Assembly (NCBI GenBank): GCA_963820525.1
Contig: CAWGAA010000001.1
Coordinates: forward strand, 864,001-928,000
DNA length: 64,000 nt
Source of the DNA: an uncultured Spirochaetota bacterium
Lineage (GTDB): Bacteria > Spirochaetota > Spirochaetia > SZUA-6 > Fen-1364
Direction: 5' to 3'
Position numbers and translations under genes: made by a program. Below, piece by piece: positions 1-9,719 of this stretch. The first letter of the stretch is position 1, and each line of letters opens with the position of its first letter. The notes under the pieces were generated by a model, which worked only from the letters and a program-made list of their open reading frames with translations, was not told the origin of the DNA and ran no database searches.

Positions 1-993
1 TTGTTGTTCAACCAGGTGCTGAAGCTGTGCCAACGGGCGGGGTTGGTGAAGTTGGGGCACGTGGCGCTGGACAGCACGAAGGTGAAAGCCAACGCCTCCA
101 GGCACAAAGCGATGAGCTACGGGCGAATGCTGAAGAGTGAGCAGCGGCTGAACGATGAGATCGCGGCGCTGTTGAAGCGGGCGCAGCGTGAGGATGAAGA
201 AGAGGACGCACGCCTGGGGCCCGGGGGCAAGGATGAGGATCTGCCCGAGGAGTTGAAGCGGCGGCAGACGAGGCTGGCCAGGATTCGGGAAGCCAAGGCA
301 GCGTTGGAAGCCGAGGCGCAAGAGAAAGCAGAGGAAGAGGCTCGGCGCAAGGGGGGAGACCCTGGGGCCGCCGGTGGGAAGGGGCGGGCGGAGGTAAAGC
401 CAGCCGAGAAGGCGCAACGCAATTTCACCGACCCGCAATCGCGGATCATGCTGGACAAGTCCAGCAACAGCTTTGTGCAGGCCTACAATTGCCAGGCGGC
501 GGTCGACGGGAAGGCCCAGGTGATTGTTGCCGCCGAGGTCACGCAGGAAACCAACGACAGCCGTCAACTGCATCCGATGCTGGAGAAGCTCAAGGCCAAC
601 ACCGACGGGCAACTTCCCCGGCGTCTGACTGCCGACAGTGGCTACTACAACGGGGAGCATGTGCAATCCCATGAAAAGGAAGTGGACCTCTACATTGCTA
701 CCGAGCAGTTCCGCCATGGGGAGCGTGTACCGGCTCCGAGGGGGCGCATTCCTTCCGGATTGAGCAAGAAGCAACTGATGGGGCGCAAGGTGCGGAGCGC
801 ACGGGGGCAACGGATCTACGGGAAGCGTAAACAGATCGTGGAGCCGGTATTCGGGCAGATCAAGGAAGCGCGGGGCTTTCGTCAGTTCTTGCTTCGTGGG
901 CTGGAGAACGTCTGGGGTGAATGGCAAGTAGTATGTACGACGCACAACCTATTGAAGCTGTTCAGAAGCGGATGGAGATTGAGCGAAGCGTAG
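1..993 (+). CDS. IS1182-family DDE transposase (5'-truncated by window edge)
   Basis: Motifs VALDSTKVKANAS, NFTDPQSRIM, YNCQAAVD, ADSGY and RKQIVEPVFGQIKEARGFRQFLLRG are typical of IS1182-family transposases. Confidence 0.9.
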   Translation: MLFNQVLKLCQRAGLVKLGHVALDSTKVKANASRHKAMSYGRMLKSEQRLNDEIAALLKRAQREDEEEDARLGPGGKDEDLPEELKRRQTRLARIREAKAALEAEAQEKAEEEARRKGGDPGAAGGKGRAEVKPAEKAQRNFTDPQSRIMLDKSSNSFVQAYNCQAAVDGKAQVIVAAEVTQETNDSRQLHPMLEKLKANTDGQLPRRLTADSGYYNGEHVQSHEKEVDLYIATEQFRHGERVPAPRGRIPSGLSKKQLMGRKVRSARGQRIYGKRKQIVEPVFGQIKEARGFRQFLLRGLENVWGEWQVVCTTHNLLKLFRSGWRLSEA

Positions 994-1107
994 GAGAGAG
1001 AAGGAATCCCGGCTCGATGACAAGTTGAGTTGGGGGCGCCTCATCATGAAAACGGCCCGCTCGCCTACCACAAACGGAGACTTGCGGGCCGGTTTCGCGA
1101 CAGGCTC
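1..1107 (+). mobile_element. IS1182-family insertion sequence, right part; ends ...GACAGGCTC followed by probable target CTAG (1108-1111)
   Basis: Transposase ORF plus a short 3' tail ending GCGACAGGCTC|CTAG. The left end is outside the window, so TIR and TSD cannot be confirmed. Confidence 0.65.
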
Positions 1108-3537
1108 CTAGGCGATCAACTGCGCTTCGCGCGGCTGGATTCCCTTGGCCAGGAGGGCAGCGGCGAGCGCTTCGTCGATCCTGTCCACCAGGACGAACGC
1201 CATCTTCGTCCTCACTTCGCTCGGAAGCTCGTCGAGGTCGGCTTCGTTTCTCCGTGGAAGGATGACGGTCTTCAACCCGGCCCGGTGGGCGGCGAGCACC
1301 TTCATCTTGATCCCTCCCACGGGCAGCACGCGTCCGCGGAGCGTCACCTCGCCCGTCATGCCCACGTCGCTTTTCACGGGCCTGCCCGTGAAAAGGCTCG
1401 CAATGGCAAGGGTCATGGCCACTCCCGCCGAAGGGCCGTCTTTGGGGATGGCGCCCGCCGGCACATGGATGTGGACATCCATCTGGCTGAAGACCTCGGG
1501 GTCCACTCCAAGCTCCCCCGCCTTCGACCTGACGTAGCTCTGGGCGATCTGCGCACTTTCCCGCATCACGTCGCCGAGCTGGCCCGTGAGCGTGAAGCCT
1601 CCCTTGCCCTTCATCTGTGTGGCTTCTATGAAGAGGATATCGCCTCCAACCGCAGTGACGGCGAGCCCCGTGGCGATCCCCGGGATCTCGATGGATTCGG
1701 AGGTCTCCGACTCGAACTTCTCCTTTTTCAAGTACTCCCTGACGATATCCGGTGTGATCTCCAGCGTGGCCGTCCCATTGGCGACGATCCTCGCCACGCT
1801 CTTTCTGCAGATCGCCTCGATCTGCCGCTCGAGGTTCCGCACGCCGGCTTCGCGGGTATAATCCTGCACGATCTTGCCCAGCGCTTCATCCGTGAACAGG
1901 ACCTCGTCGGGCTTCAGGCCGTTCGCGGCGAGCTGCCGGGGCACCAGGTGTTCGCGGGCGATGTGGATCTTTTCATGCTCCGTGTATCCGTCGAGCTGGA
2001 TGATCTCCATCCTGTCGCGCAGGGGCGCCGGGACCGTCTCCAGCTGATTGGCGGTGGTGATGAACATCACGTCGCTCAAGTCGAAGTCGACATTGAGGTA
2101 GTGGTCCCGGAAGGTCGAGTTCTGCGCCGGGTCGAGGACCTCCAGGAGCGCGCTGGATGGATCTCCACGCCAGTCGTTTCCCACCTTGTCTATCTCGTCC
2201 AGCATGAACACGGGGTTTCTGGTGCCCGCTCTCTTAACGGCCTGGATGATGCGGCCCGGCATGGCGCCGATATAGGTGCGGCGGTGCCCGCGGATCTCCG
2301 CCTCGTCACGCATCCCTCCCAGGCTCATCCGGGTAAACTTCCTTCCTAAAGAGCGGGCAATGCTCTGTCCAAGGCTGGTCTTTCCGACGCCGGGAGGCCC
2401 GACGAAACAGAGGATGGCCCCCATGGCCCTCTCCCTCCCCTCTGTGCTGATCCAGGCCGCCGAAATTCCCCTCTCCTTGAGGAGCTTTCTGACCGCCAGG
2501 TACTCGATGATCCTGTCCTTCACCTCTTCAAGATCGTAGTGGTCCTGATCGAGGACGGCGCGCGCGTCGGCAACGTCGAGATGGTCCTCGCTCTCCGTGC
2601 TCCAGGGAAGCTCGACCATCCAGTCCAGGTACGTCTTGATCATGGGGTACTCGGCCGACTGCGGCGGCATCCCCGAGAGCCGCTTCAGCTCCCTCTGGGC
2701 TTCCTTTTTCGCCTCCTCCGGCATTCCGGCCTTCTCCAGCTTTCTGGTGTACTCCTCCACAAGGGACTGATTCTCATCGAGGTCCCCCAGCTCCTTCTGG
2801 ATGGCCTTCAACTGCTGGCGAAGGAAATACTCGCGCTGCTCCTTCTCCATCTCCTCCCGGGCTTCCGACTTGATCTTCTGCCCGAGACTGAGCACATCCT
2901 TCTCATGGGAAAGATGCGCTATCAGGGCCCGGAGCTTCTCCTTGACGCTGTCGAGCTCCAGGATCTTTTGGGCTTCCACGACCTCGAGGCGTGCGTTCGC
3001 CGCAACAAGGTACGAAAGGTAGCGGGGGTCATTGACGATGCCGAGGATGCTCCCCGCTTCCTTGGGCAGATTGGGAGAGAGGTCGATCACCTCCTGCGCA
3101 AGATCGCGCATCCCGCGCATCAAGGCTTCCATCTCCAGGTCGCGCTCGATCTTCTCTTCCCCGGACGCGATTCGGGCGCGCAGGTAGGGCTCGGAGGGAT
3201 GCCAATGAAGCACCCGGAAGCGTTCGAGCCCCTGGACGAGAACCTGCATCGCCTGGTCCTCGGAACGGATCACCCTCAGGATCCGCGCTACGGTGCCGAT
3301 CTGGTATACCTGGTCCGGCGTGGGCTCCTCGATGTTCGCATCCTTCACGGCCACCAGGCCGATGAGGCTAGTGTCCCGGACAGCCTCCTCCACGAGCTTG
3401 ACCGATCGGGGAATGCCCACCGCAAGGGGAATGACGGAATAGGGAAAAGCGACGGTGCTTCGAAGGGGCAGGATGGCGAGATCCTTCGGAATCGCCGGCG
3501 TCTGCTCGATCTCGGATGGTTTTGTGAAACCTCGCAT
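1108..3537 (-). CDS. lon: ATP-dependent Lon protease (endopeptidase La)
   Basis: N-domain LAILPLR, Walker [20 protein letters not shown] and catalytic PKDGPSAG. Start set at ATG 3537 (GGAG upstream) rather than the 975-aa ORF start. Confidence 0.97.
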   Translation of the reverse strand: MRGFTKPSEIEQTPAIPKDLAILPLRSTVAFPYSVIPLAVGIPRSVKLVEEAVRDTSLIGLVAVKDANIEEPTPDQVYQIGTVARILRVIRSEDQAMQVLVQGLERFRVLHWHPSEPYLRARIASGEEKIERDLEMEALMRGMRDLAQEVIDLSPNLPKEAGSILGIVNDPRYLSYLVAANARLEVVEAQKILELDSVKEKLRALIAHLSHEKDVLSLGQKIKSEAREEMEKEQREYFLRQQLKAIQKELGDLDENQSLVEEYTRKLEKAGMPEEAKKEAQRELKRLSGMPPQSAEYPMIKTYLDWMVELPWSTESEDHLDVADARAVLDQDHYDLEEVKDRIIEYLAVRKLLKERGISAAWISTEGRERAMGAILCFVGPPGVGKTSLGQSIARSLGRKFTRMSLGGMRDEAEIRGHRRTYIGAMPGRIIQAVKRAGTRNPVFMLDEIDKVGNDWRGDPSSALLEVLDPAQNSTFRDHYLNVDFDLSDVMFITTANQLETVPAPLRDRMEIIQLDGYTEHEKIHIAREHLVPRQLAANGLKPDEVLFTDEALGKIVQDYTREAGVRNLERQIEAICRKSVARIVANGTATLEITPDIVREYLKKEKFESETSESIEIPGIATGLAVTAVGGDILFIEATQMKGKGGFTLTGQLGDVMRESAQIAQSYVRSKAGELGVDPEVFSQMDVHIHVPAGAIPKDGPSAGVAMTLAIASLFTGRPVKSDVGMTGEVTLRGRVLPVGGIKMKVLAAHRAGLKTVILPRRNEADLDELPSEVRTKMAFVLVDRIDEALAAALLAKGIQPREAQLIA

Positions 3538-3601
3538 GTATCGTTCGCTCCATTTCTCTACGCATAAGATACTAGATGTTTGGCGCGGCACCAAACGCGC
3601 T

Positions 3602-4762
3602 TCAGGAGCGGATGCGACGGATGATGGCGAGCGAGATACCGACCAGGAGGATGTTGATGATGATATAGATGCCGAATCCCCCCCGAAGCCCGACCACCTC
3701 GAAGAGAACGGCGATGACGAAGGGGAACGTGAAGGAGCCGATCCCCCCGCCGGTGGAAGCAGTGCCCACGGCGACGCCGCTTTTAAAGTGCTTGCCGACG
3801 AGGGCCATGACCAGGGGATAGATGGCCGAGTATCCCAAACCGGTGAGAAACACGAATATCCCGGCCGCAACCATCGAGTGAAGGAGAAGGAACACTCCCA
3901 GGGCCGCCGCGCTGAAAGCGGAGAGCCCCAGGAGGATGAGCTCCTGCCGCGTACCGCGATATGCGAAGGATACCCCAAGCCTCCCAACGAAAAGCCCGGC
4001 CCAGAAAAGGGAGACGGTGAACGCGGCGACGGCAATGGGAGCCGAAAGGACCTTCACGAAATACTCGGCCACCCAGCTCGAGACGCCCAGCTCGGCACCG
4101 ACATAGACAAGCAGCATGAGGGTGAGGAGAAGCAGGAGGGGCTGCCGCAGAAGGTGTGTCCCCGAATGCCCGCCCTTGACCGTGCCATCCGAGGCGCGGG
4201 GAAACGCGATGGAGGCAAACGTAATTCCCATTGCCGCGACGAGGCCGCCCGTGATGGAGAATACCGCCGCACCGCCGACGCCCAGACCGATCATCACTCC
4301 CACCATGGCGGGGCCGACTATCGCGCCGATGCTGAAGGCGGCGTGCATCAGGTTCATCAGCCTGCTCTGTCCCTTGGGCTCCATGTGGATGACCTCGAGG
4401 TTTGTGACGACTTCGATCGTCCCCTGGCAGAGCCCAAGGAGGAAGGTGAGCGCGAAGTTGAGAATGGGCGACGGGCTTCGGGCGAACAGGGCGAGGCTTA
4501 TCGCCCCCAGGGCAAGCCCTGACACGACAACGTGCTTGGGCTGAACCCTCTGGACAAGGAAACCGCAGACGAACGTGGAGACGAAGTAGCCGATGGCGCT
4601 TCCGGCCAGGACAAGGCCCGTCACGGAGTACGACCAGCCGAACGAGCGGATGATGTTCGGAATGGACGCTCCGATTATCGTGAAGACAATGCCGAAGACG
4701 GCGAAACCCGCGAGAAGGAAAAGGTAGAGGCGGCGGGCGCGGGGCTCAAGGTTTCCAAGCAT
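3602..4762 (-). CDS. MFS transporter (FucP/TsgA-like)
   Basis: About 12 hydrophobic segments; MNLMHAAFSIGAIVGP and YVGAELGVSSW motifs. Confidence 0.85.
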   Translation of the reverse strand: MLGNLEPRARRLYLFLLAGFAVFGIVFTIIGASIPNIIRSFGWSYSVTGLVLAGSAIGYFVSTFVCGFLVQRVQPKHVVVSGLALGAISLALFARSPSPILNFALTFLLGLCQGTIEVVTNLEVIHMEPKGQSRLMNLMHAAFSIGAIVGPAMVGVMIGLGVGGAAVFSITGGLVAAMGITFASIAFPRASDGTVKGGHSGTHLLRQPLLLLLTLMLLVYVGAELGVSSWVAEYFVKVLSAPIAVAAFTVSLFWAGLFVGRLGVSFAYRGTRQELILLGLSAFSAAALGVFLLLHSMVAAGIFVFLTGLGYSAIYPLVMALVGKHFKSGVAVGTASTGGGIGSFTFPFVIAVLFEVVGLRGGFGIYIIINILLVGISLAIIRRIRS

Positions 4763-4959
4763 AGAGTGGAGGCTTCTTTGTAGGGGAAGAGGGAGCCGGT
4801 GTCAAGGGAGATGCCGAATGGCTCAAGCGGCGGCCGCAGGGAGCCGGGCGCGAAGCGCTGCCGGCTGAAGCGGGGGCGCGGGCTGCGTAGGGACAGGGAG
4901 GTGAGAGTGAAACCAGTTGCAGCAATAAACCCTAGAATGCTATCCTTTGAGGAGTAGAC

Positions 4960-5505
4960 ATGAATAAACAGGCCACACCCGTCAATATGAAGAAGGTGTT
5001 CTCCGTCCTCAACAAGATGAAGGAGGACGGCGTGTTCGAAAAGTATGCAGTGGGAGGGGCGGTGGCCTGCTCGATTCACCTGGAACCAGCCTACACTGCA
5101 GACATGGACATCTTCGTCATGCTGAATCGGTATCCAGGCAAAAAAGTCCTCAGCCTCCAACAGATCAACGACTACCTGCTTTCCCGGGGAGCCAAGCTCG
5201 AAGGGCAGTACATCGTTTATGCCGGCTGGCCGCTGCAATTTCTCCCTGCGGACATCAGCCCTCTTGTCGCGGAAGCCCTTGATCGCGCGGAGGAGTACGA
5301 CGCCGACGGCCTTTCCATCTGGATATTCAGTTCTGAGCATTTGGCGGCGATAGCGCTTGAGGTGGGACGGGGCAAAGACAAGCTTCGCTTGAACACGCTC
5401 ATAGAATCGGGTATATTGGATATGCGAAAATTCAAGGCGATCCTCCGGCGGCATGGCCTCGAAAAGAAATATGAGGATTGGTTGAAATGGCAAAAGGCCC
5501 TCTGA
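4960..5505 (+). CDS. Putative Pol-beta-superfamily nucleotidyltransferase (AbiEii/MenT/DUF6036-like), uncharacterised
   Basis: YAVGGAVA...YTADMDIFV matches the GG...TxDxD NTase motif; C-terminal GRGKD; SD GAGGAG upstream. Confidence 0.7.
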   Translation: MNKQATPVNMKKVFSVLNKMKEDGVFEKYAVGGAVACSIHLEPAYTADMDIFVMLNRYPGKKVLSLQQINDYLLSRGAKLEGQYIVYAGWPLQFLPADISPLVAEALDRAEEYDADGLSIWIFSSEHLAAIALEVGRGKDKLRLNTLIESGILDMRKFKAILRRHGLEKKYEDWLKWQKAL

Positions 5506-5663
5506 CTTTCGACCTCAAGTCGGCGTTAAAGAGAAAGACGGCGCAGCGGCGGATGCATTCCTCACTATCTATTTCCGAAAAGATGAAACTGCTGGATCAA
5601 TTGCATTATAACGCCGCCTTCCTCGCCAGTCTTCGTCCAAAAGCCAAGACAGCTCACAAGTAA
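5487..5663 (+). CDS. Small basic helical protein overlapping the NTase 3' end (putative TA partner)
   Basis: 58-aa ORF (MAKGPLTFDLK...LSISEKMKLLDQLH) overlapping the upstream gene; GAGGA upstream. Confidence 0.55.
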   Translation: MAKGPLTFDLKSALKRKTAQRRMHSSLSISEKMKLLDQLHYNAAFLASLRPKAKTAHK

Positions 5664-5712
5664 TACCTGCCCCGGATTTTTTTGAATTGGCTTTTTGGTA
5701 TGATTTTTGCAT

Positions 5713-5749
5713 AAAAAAGGCTTCCCGCTGCCACTGAGCGAGAAGCCTT
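5713..5749 (-). terminator. Rho-independent terminator downstream of the beta-propeller lipoprotein gene
   Basis: Minus strand reads GGCTTCTCGCT-CAGTGGC-AGCGGGAAGCC-TTTTTT. Confidence 0.75.
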
Positions 5750-5773
5750 GATGATCGAACGGCGCAATATCAG

Positions 5774-7861
5774 CTAATGAATGCGATTCAATACGGCCAG
5801 GCCGTTGGCGCTCGAGCCTGCCACATAGCAGTTTTTCCCATCAGGAGAAACAGAGAGGCCCCTTGCCCCGTCGAAACCACTCACCAGAGAATTGAACGTC
5901 AGCCCCCCCGCTGCCGGGTCTCTCGAAAAGAACGCCACGGCATCGTCTCCCGAGCCGGTTGCGTACACTGAAAGCCCATCCGGCGCGACAGCCACTCCCC
6001 TGGCATAATACAGGCCATTCACGCCCGCGGCACCGTCTTTGAGAAAGGTGGAAAATGAGAGCAAGCCGTTAGATTGCTCCCGCCTGAACACGGCAAGGGC
6101 ATTGTCGTAATAGCCCGTGACATAGACACTTGAGCCATCCGGCGACAACTCCACGCAATCCGCCCCGTTCAGGCCGTCGCAGCCGGAAAGACCGTCGGAA
6201 AAGGCCTGAGAATAGCTCAGCGCGCCGCTGGCCGGGTCCCTGCTGAAAACGAGGAGTGAATCGTCGGTATATGAGGCGACAAACACCTGGCTGCCGTCAG
6301 GCGCCACGGCAACCGATGAAGCGCCGCCCAAGAGTGAGACCTCACCCTCACCATCTCGGAGGGTCTGGAGAAGAGCCGGCGTTCCCGACACAGGCTCGAC
6401 CTGAAACGCGAGCAGGGCGCCGCTGGTATATCCGACACAGTAAACGCTCTTGCCGTCCGGAGAAACTGCCACATCCCTGGCCCCAGCCAGACCGTCCAGG
6501 CCGGGATCGCCGTTCTTCAGGCAAGAAAGATACGACAGCGCTCCGGTTGCGGAATCCCGATCGAAAACCGCCAGGGCGCCATCCGTGTAGCTTGCCGCAT
6601 ATAGATGACGGCCGTCAGGCGAGATGGCTATCGATTCGACTCCGGATAGACCCTGCACGCCGTCCTTGCCGTTTTTGAGCTGCCCCATGAACCTCAAGGC
6701 CCCCGTATCGAAATCCCGCTGGAACCAGGCCACGGCGGAGTCGCCGTATCCGCAGGCATAGAGGCTCGAACCGTCGGGCGAAACGCATACGGACCGGCAG
6801 CCGTTCAAGCCGTCGACACCCGCCACCCCGTCTTTTATAAACGTCGAGAGGGAGAGCGAACCGAAAGCCAGCTGGGCCAAGACCCGGATAGAAAAGCTCG
6901 ACGAGCCTGCCCGCCTTCCATCTGCGCTGAATACCGCAAGATCCACCCGGCGCGTTCCAAGGGCAAGATCGGCCCCGAGGGTGGCGATCTGGCCGCTCGA
7001 GCGGGACATCCCATCAACGTACCAGGCGCTCTTCACGCCGGGGCAGTCCTCGGCGAGCCACGCCTTGAGGGTGAAGCACTGGCCGAGCCCGATCTCGCTC
7101 TGCCGGCCGGCGATTTCAACGGCAATGGGGTTGTCGAGCCGCGGGGTGACGGTCACGTTGATGGAACCCTGAGCGCCGTCAATGCCGGTGAAGTCGAGCT
7201 CCCCGGAGGTCGTCTGGTCCTTGAGGATGCGAACGACGTCGATTGCCCCAGCAACCGGATTGCCGCTGCTCAAGAGCTGGACCTGCAATGTGTAGTACCC
7301 GCCCGGCAGATCCTGCGTGGAAGATGTCCCGACGCCGCTTTCAATCGAGAAGACAAGCGGGATCTCGTTCCCCGCCGAGGATGTGAGGCCTGCGGTTATG
7401 GATGGCGCCGGCACCGCGGCGGCCGGCCACCTGACCGTGAGCGACAAGGTCCCGCTCCCCGGCAGGGGATCAACCTGGATCTCTACCTCGTTCTGCTGCC
7501 CATCCATCAACGTGACCCTTTTCGTGCCTTCCGCGATGACTGTTCCCCCCTCGTTGAGAGCGGAAGCGGTGATCTCCCAGTCTCCCAGATCGAGGTTTTC
7601 AAGCACGATGATGGACTGCGAGCCGCTTGTCTCTGCCCGCTGCCCCGCCGGACCCGCACCAACGACGGTGTAGCCGGCCGGGACCATATCGAGAGGGGGC
7701 ACGAGGGTCTTGGATTGGGCGGGGAGAACGAGAAAAACAGAGAGCGATGCTTTCCCCCCCAGGGTTCCCGGATGGGCCTGGCAGGAGAAAAACGGAGAGC
7801 TGAACGCGAGACATGCAACGAGCGCCAAGAGGCGCGGAAAGCCGTATTCTCTTCCTGGCAT
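5774..7861 (-). CDS. Secreted protein or lipoprotein with Ig-like N-terminal domains and a lactonase-type beta-propeller
   Basis: Signal/lipobox-like FFSC; about 7 repeats of DGxxGxxGLxGAxxVxVSPDGxxVY...FxRD. Confidence 0.8.
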   Translation of the reverse strand: MPGREYGFPRLLALVACLAFSSPFFSCQAHPGTLGGKASLSVFLVLPAQSKTLVPPLDMVPAGYTVVGAGPAGQRAETSGSQSIIVLENLDLGDWEITASALNEGGTVIAEGTKRVTLMDGQQNEVEIQVDPLPGSGTLSLTVRWPAAAVPAPSITAGLTSSAGNEIPLVFSIESGVGTSSTQDLPGGYYTLQVQLLSSGNPVAGAIDVVRILKDQTTSGELDFTGIDGAQGSINVTVTPRLDNPIAVEIAGRQSEIGLGQCFTLKAWLAEDCPGVKSAWYVDGMSRSSGQIATLGADLALGTRRVDLAVFSADGRRAGSSSFSIRVLAQLAFGSLSLSTFIKDGVAGVDGLNGCRSVCVSPDGSSLYACGYGDSAVAWFQRDFDTGALRFMGQLKNGKDGVQGLSGVESIAISPDGRHLYAASYTDGALAVFDRDSATGALSYLSCLKNGDPGLDGLAGARDVAVSPDGKSVYCVGYTSGALLAFQVEPVSGTPALLQTLRDGEGEVSLLGGASSVAVAPDGSQVFVASYTDDSLLVFSRDPASGALSYSQAFSDGLSGCDGLNGADCVELSPDGSSVYVTGYYDNALAVFRREQSNGLLSFSTFLKDGAAGVNGLYYARGVAVAPDGLSVYATGSGDDAVAFFSRDPAAGGLTFNSLVSGFDGARGLSVSPDGKNCYVAGSSANGLAVLNRIH

Positions 7862-7927
7862 GAGCTTCTTCCTCCTCGATCTTTATAGAAAAGAGAAGGT
7901 TCCGCCCGCTTGAAGCATTCCCGCTTT

Positions 7928-9586
7928 CTATTTTTCCTGAAGGGCAACCGCCCCGGTCCATTCGGGGGGAGGCGGGGTCTCGAGGAAGGCGGCGCACCTG
8001 CTGATGAACATTTCGGAGATGATGTCCCCGGGTATGATTCTCTTGACCTGGCGGAATCCATCCGAAGCCGCCTTGAAGTCGCGATCGTAGTACAGCGCGA
8101 GGGCCTCCTCGTGGAGCCTCCACGCCTCGGTCTCCACCGTGTTGAGCTCGCGCACGGGAGTGTAGATCCCGATCTCGTTGGTTTTTCCCTTGACCACGAC
8201 TTTGTCGATCTTTCTGCAGGGAAACTTCCCCTGCAGGTACCTCACCACGGCTTCCGAGACGATCATCTCCTGCTTGTAAACCTTGGTCAGGCCTTCCAGC
8301 CGAGAGGCCACGTTCACCATGTCGCCGATCACGGTGTAGTCCATCTTGCGTTCCGAGCCGATGTTTCCCACCGTGACCACGCCATAGTTGATGCCGATGC
8401 CCACCTTGAAGGTGGGACGCCCGCGCGCGGCCTGCTGCTCGTTGAAGGAGCTAAGCGCCTCCTGCATCTCCAGCCCCGAGACCACGGACTGGTATGCATC
8501 GTCGTCGTAATGGACCGGCGCCCCGAAGAATGCCATGATGCAGTCTCCGATGTACTTGTCCACGATCCCCTTGTGCTTGACAATGATCTCCACCATGTTC
8601 CCGAAATACGTGTTGAGCGACTCGACCACCTCCTGCGGCAGCATATGCTCGGAAATCCCCGTAAATCCGCGGATATCAGAGAAAAGCACGGCAAGAACGC
8701 GCTCCTGCCCCACAAGCATGGACTCCGGGTTGGCGAAGAACTCCTCGATCACCGCCTTGGGCACGTACTTCTGGAAGATGTTTCGGATCTTCTGCTCCCG
8801 ATGCTGGGCGATTACCGCCTTCAGGGCGTAGCCCTTGATCTGGCGGTATGCCTTGTCCAGCTCCTCCGTCATCAGGTTGAAGCTGTGCCCCAGCTCACCC
8901 GTTTCATCCCGGTAGAGGATCTCCACGCGCCGCGAAAGGTCGTTTGTCGTGATGATCTGCCGCATCGCGGATGCGATGATGCGAAGGGGCTGGGTAATGT
9001 AGTAGGAGAAGACGAGCAGGAGCAAAACGGCGATAACGAGGGAAATCGACAGGATCAGGCCGGTCTGCCAGAAGATCTCCGACGTGGTCTGGTAGAATGT
9101 ATCCCGCTTCTCGGTGACGAAGATATACCACCCGAAGGGCTCGAAGCGCGCGGTCTGGGCCATCCGGTCAACGCCGGCGGCGCGGACCTGCACCCAGCCC
9201 GACGTCGATGAGGCGCTCAGTCGGCCGAGCGCCTCCCTCTCCCCGGCGTCCAGGGAAAGCTCGCTCGTGCTCATGACGACGTTTCCCTGGCGGTCCAGGG
9301 CGAGGATCAGCTCCGAATCGCTCCTGATGAGGCTCCGGGCGTAAGAGGTGACCGCAGACTTTGTCGCATCCACGAAATCGGCGTTTCCCGCCATGTTGTT
9401 CTGCACGAGCAGGGACCACTGGCTGTTGGCGTAGTTCAGAACGTCGTCCATCTTGAAGCGGAGAAAGCTCGTGGCGATGCGGGTGATGCCGTTCCGCGCG
9501 GACAACGCCGAGATGAAGCCGGTGACGAGGAGGGGGGCGATGATCAGGGGAAGCACGATCAGTACGACTTTGGCTCGTATGCTCAT
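7928..9586 (-). CDS. Membrane class III adenylate cyclase with extracytoplasmic sensor and HAMP domain
   Basis: Two TM helices, HAMP (DETGELGHSFNLM), LFSDIRGFT, DKYIGD and DYTVIGDMVNVASRLE (ATP-specifying K/D residues). Confidence 0.92.
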   Translation of the reverse strand: MSIRAKVVLIVLPLIIAPLLVTGFISALSARNGITRIATSFLRFKMDDVLNYANSQWSLLVQNNMAGNADFVDATKSAVTSYARSLIRSDSELILALDRQGNVVMSTSELSLDAGEREALGRLSASSTSGWVQVRAAGVDRMAQTARFEPFGWYIFVTEKRDTFYQTTSEIFWQTGLILSISLVIAVLLLLVFSYYITQPLRIIASAMRQIITTNDLSRRVEILYRDETGELGHSFNLMTEELDKAYRQIKGYALKAVIAQHREQKIRNIFQKYVPKAVIEEFFANPESMLVGQERVLAVLFSDIRGFTGISEHMLPQEVVESLNTYFGNMVEIIVKHKGIVDKYIGDCIMAFFGAPVHYDDDAYQSVVSGLEMQEALSSFNEQQAARGRPTFKVGIGINYGVVTVGNIGSERKMDYTVIGDMVNVASRLEGLTKVYKQEMIVSEAVVRYLQGKFPCRKIDKVVVKGKTNEIGIYTPVRELNTVETEAWRLHEEALALYYDRDFKAASDGFRQVKRIIPGDIISEMFISRCAAFLETPPPPEWTGAVALQEK

Positions 9587-9719
9587 CGTGGAACCAACTC
9601 TACAATAGCATTTCCCGGCGGTCAATCGTTGGAGTGTCCGCGGCCGGCGAGGGAAAGCTCAAGGCCGCTCTTGCCTCCATCGTGAAATAAATGCGAGAAT
9701 GTATATACTCTAGAGGGAG

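Noticed and set aside
3538..4035. N-terminal extension of the 975-aa Lon ORF
   Set aside because: It overlaps the MFS gene in another frame. The real start with an SD is ATG 3537.
1030..4522. Long plus-strand ORFs (439, 342 and 355 aa) opposite lon and the MFS gene
   Set aside because: These are antisense shadows of GC-rich coding sequence with no recognisable motifs. The same applies to 7910-9211, 58502-59548 and 62250-63323.
5780..6870. Periodic DNA repeats suggesting an array
   Set aside because: They are explained by beta-propeller blade repeats in a protein, not by CRISPR or DGR repeats.
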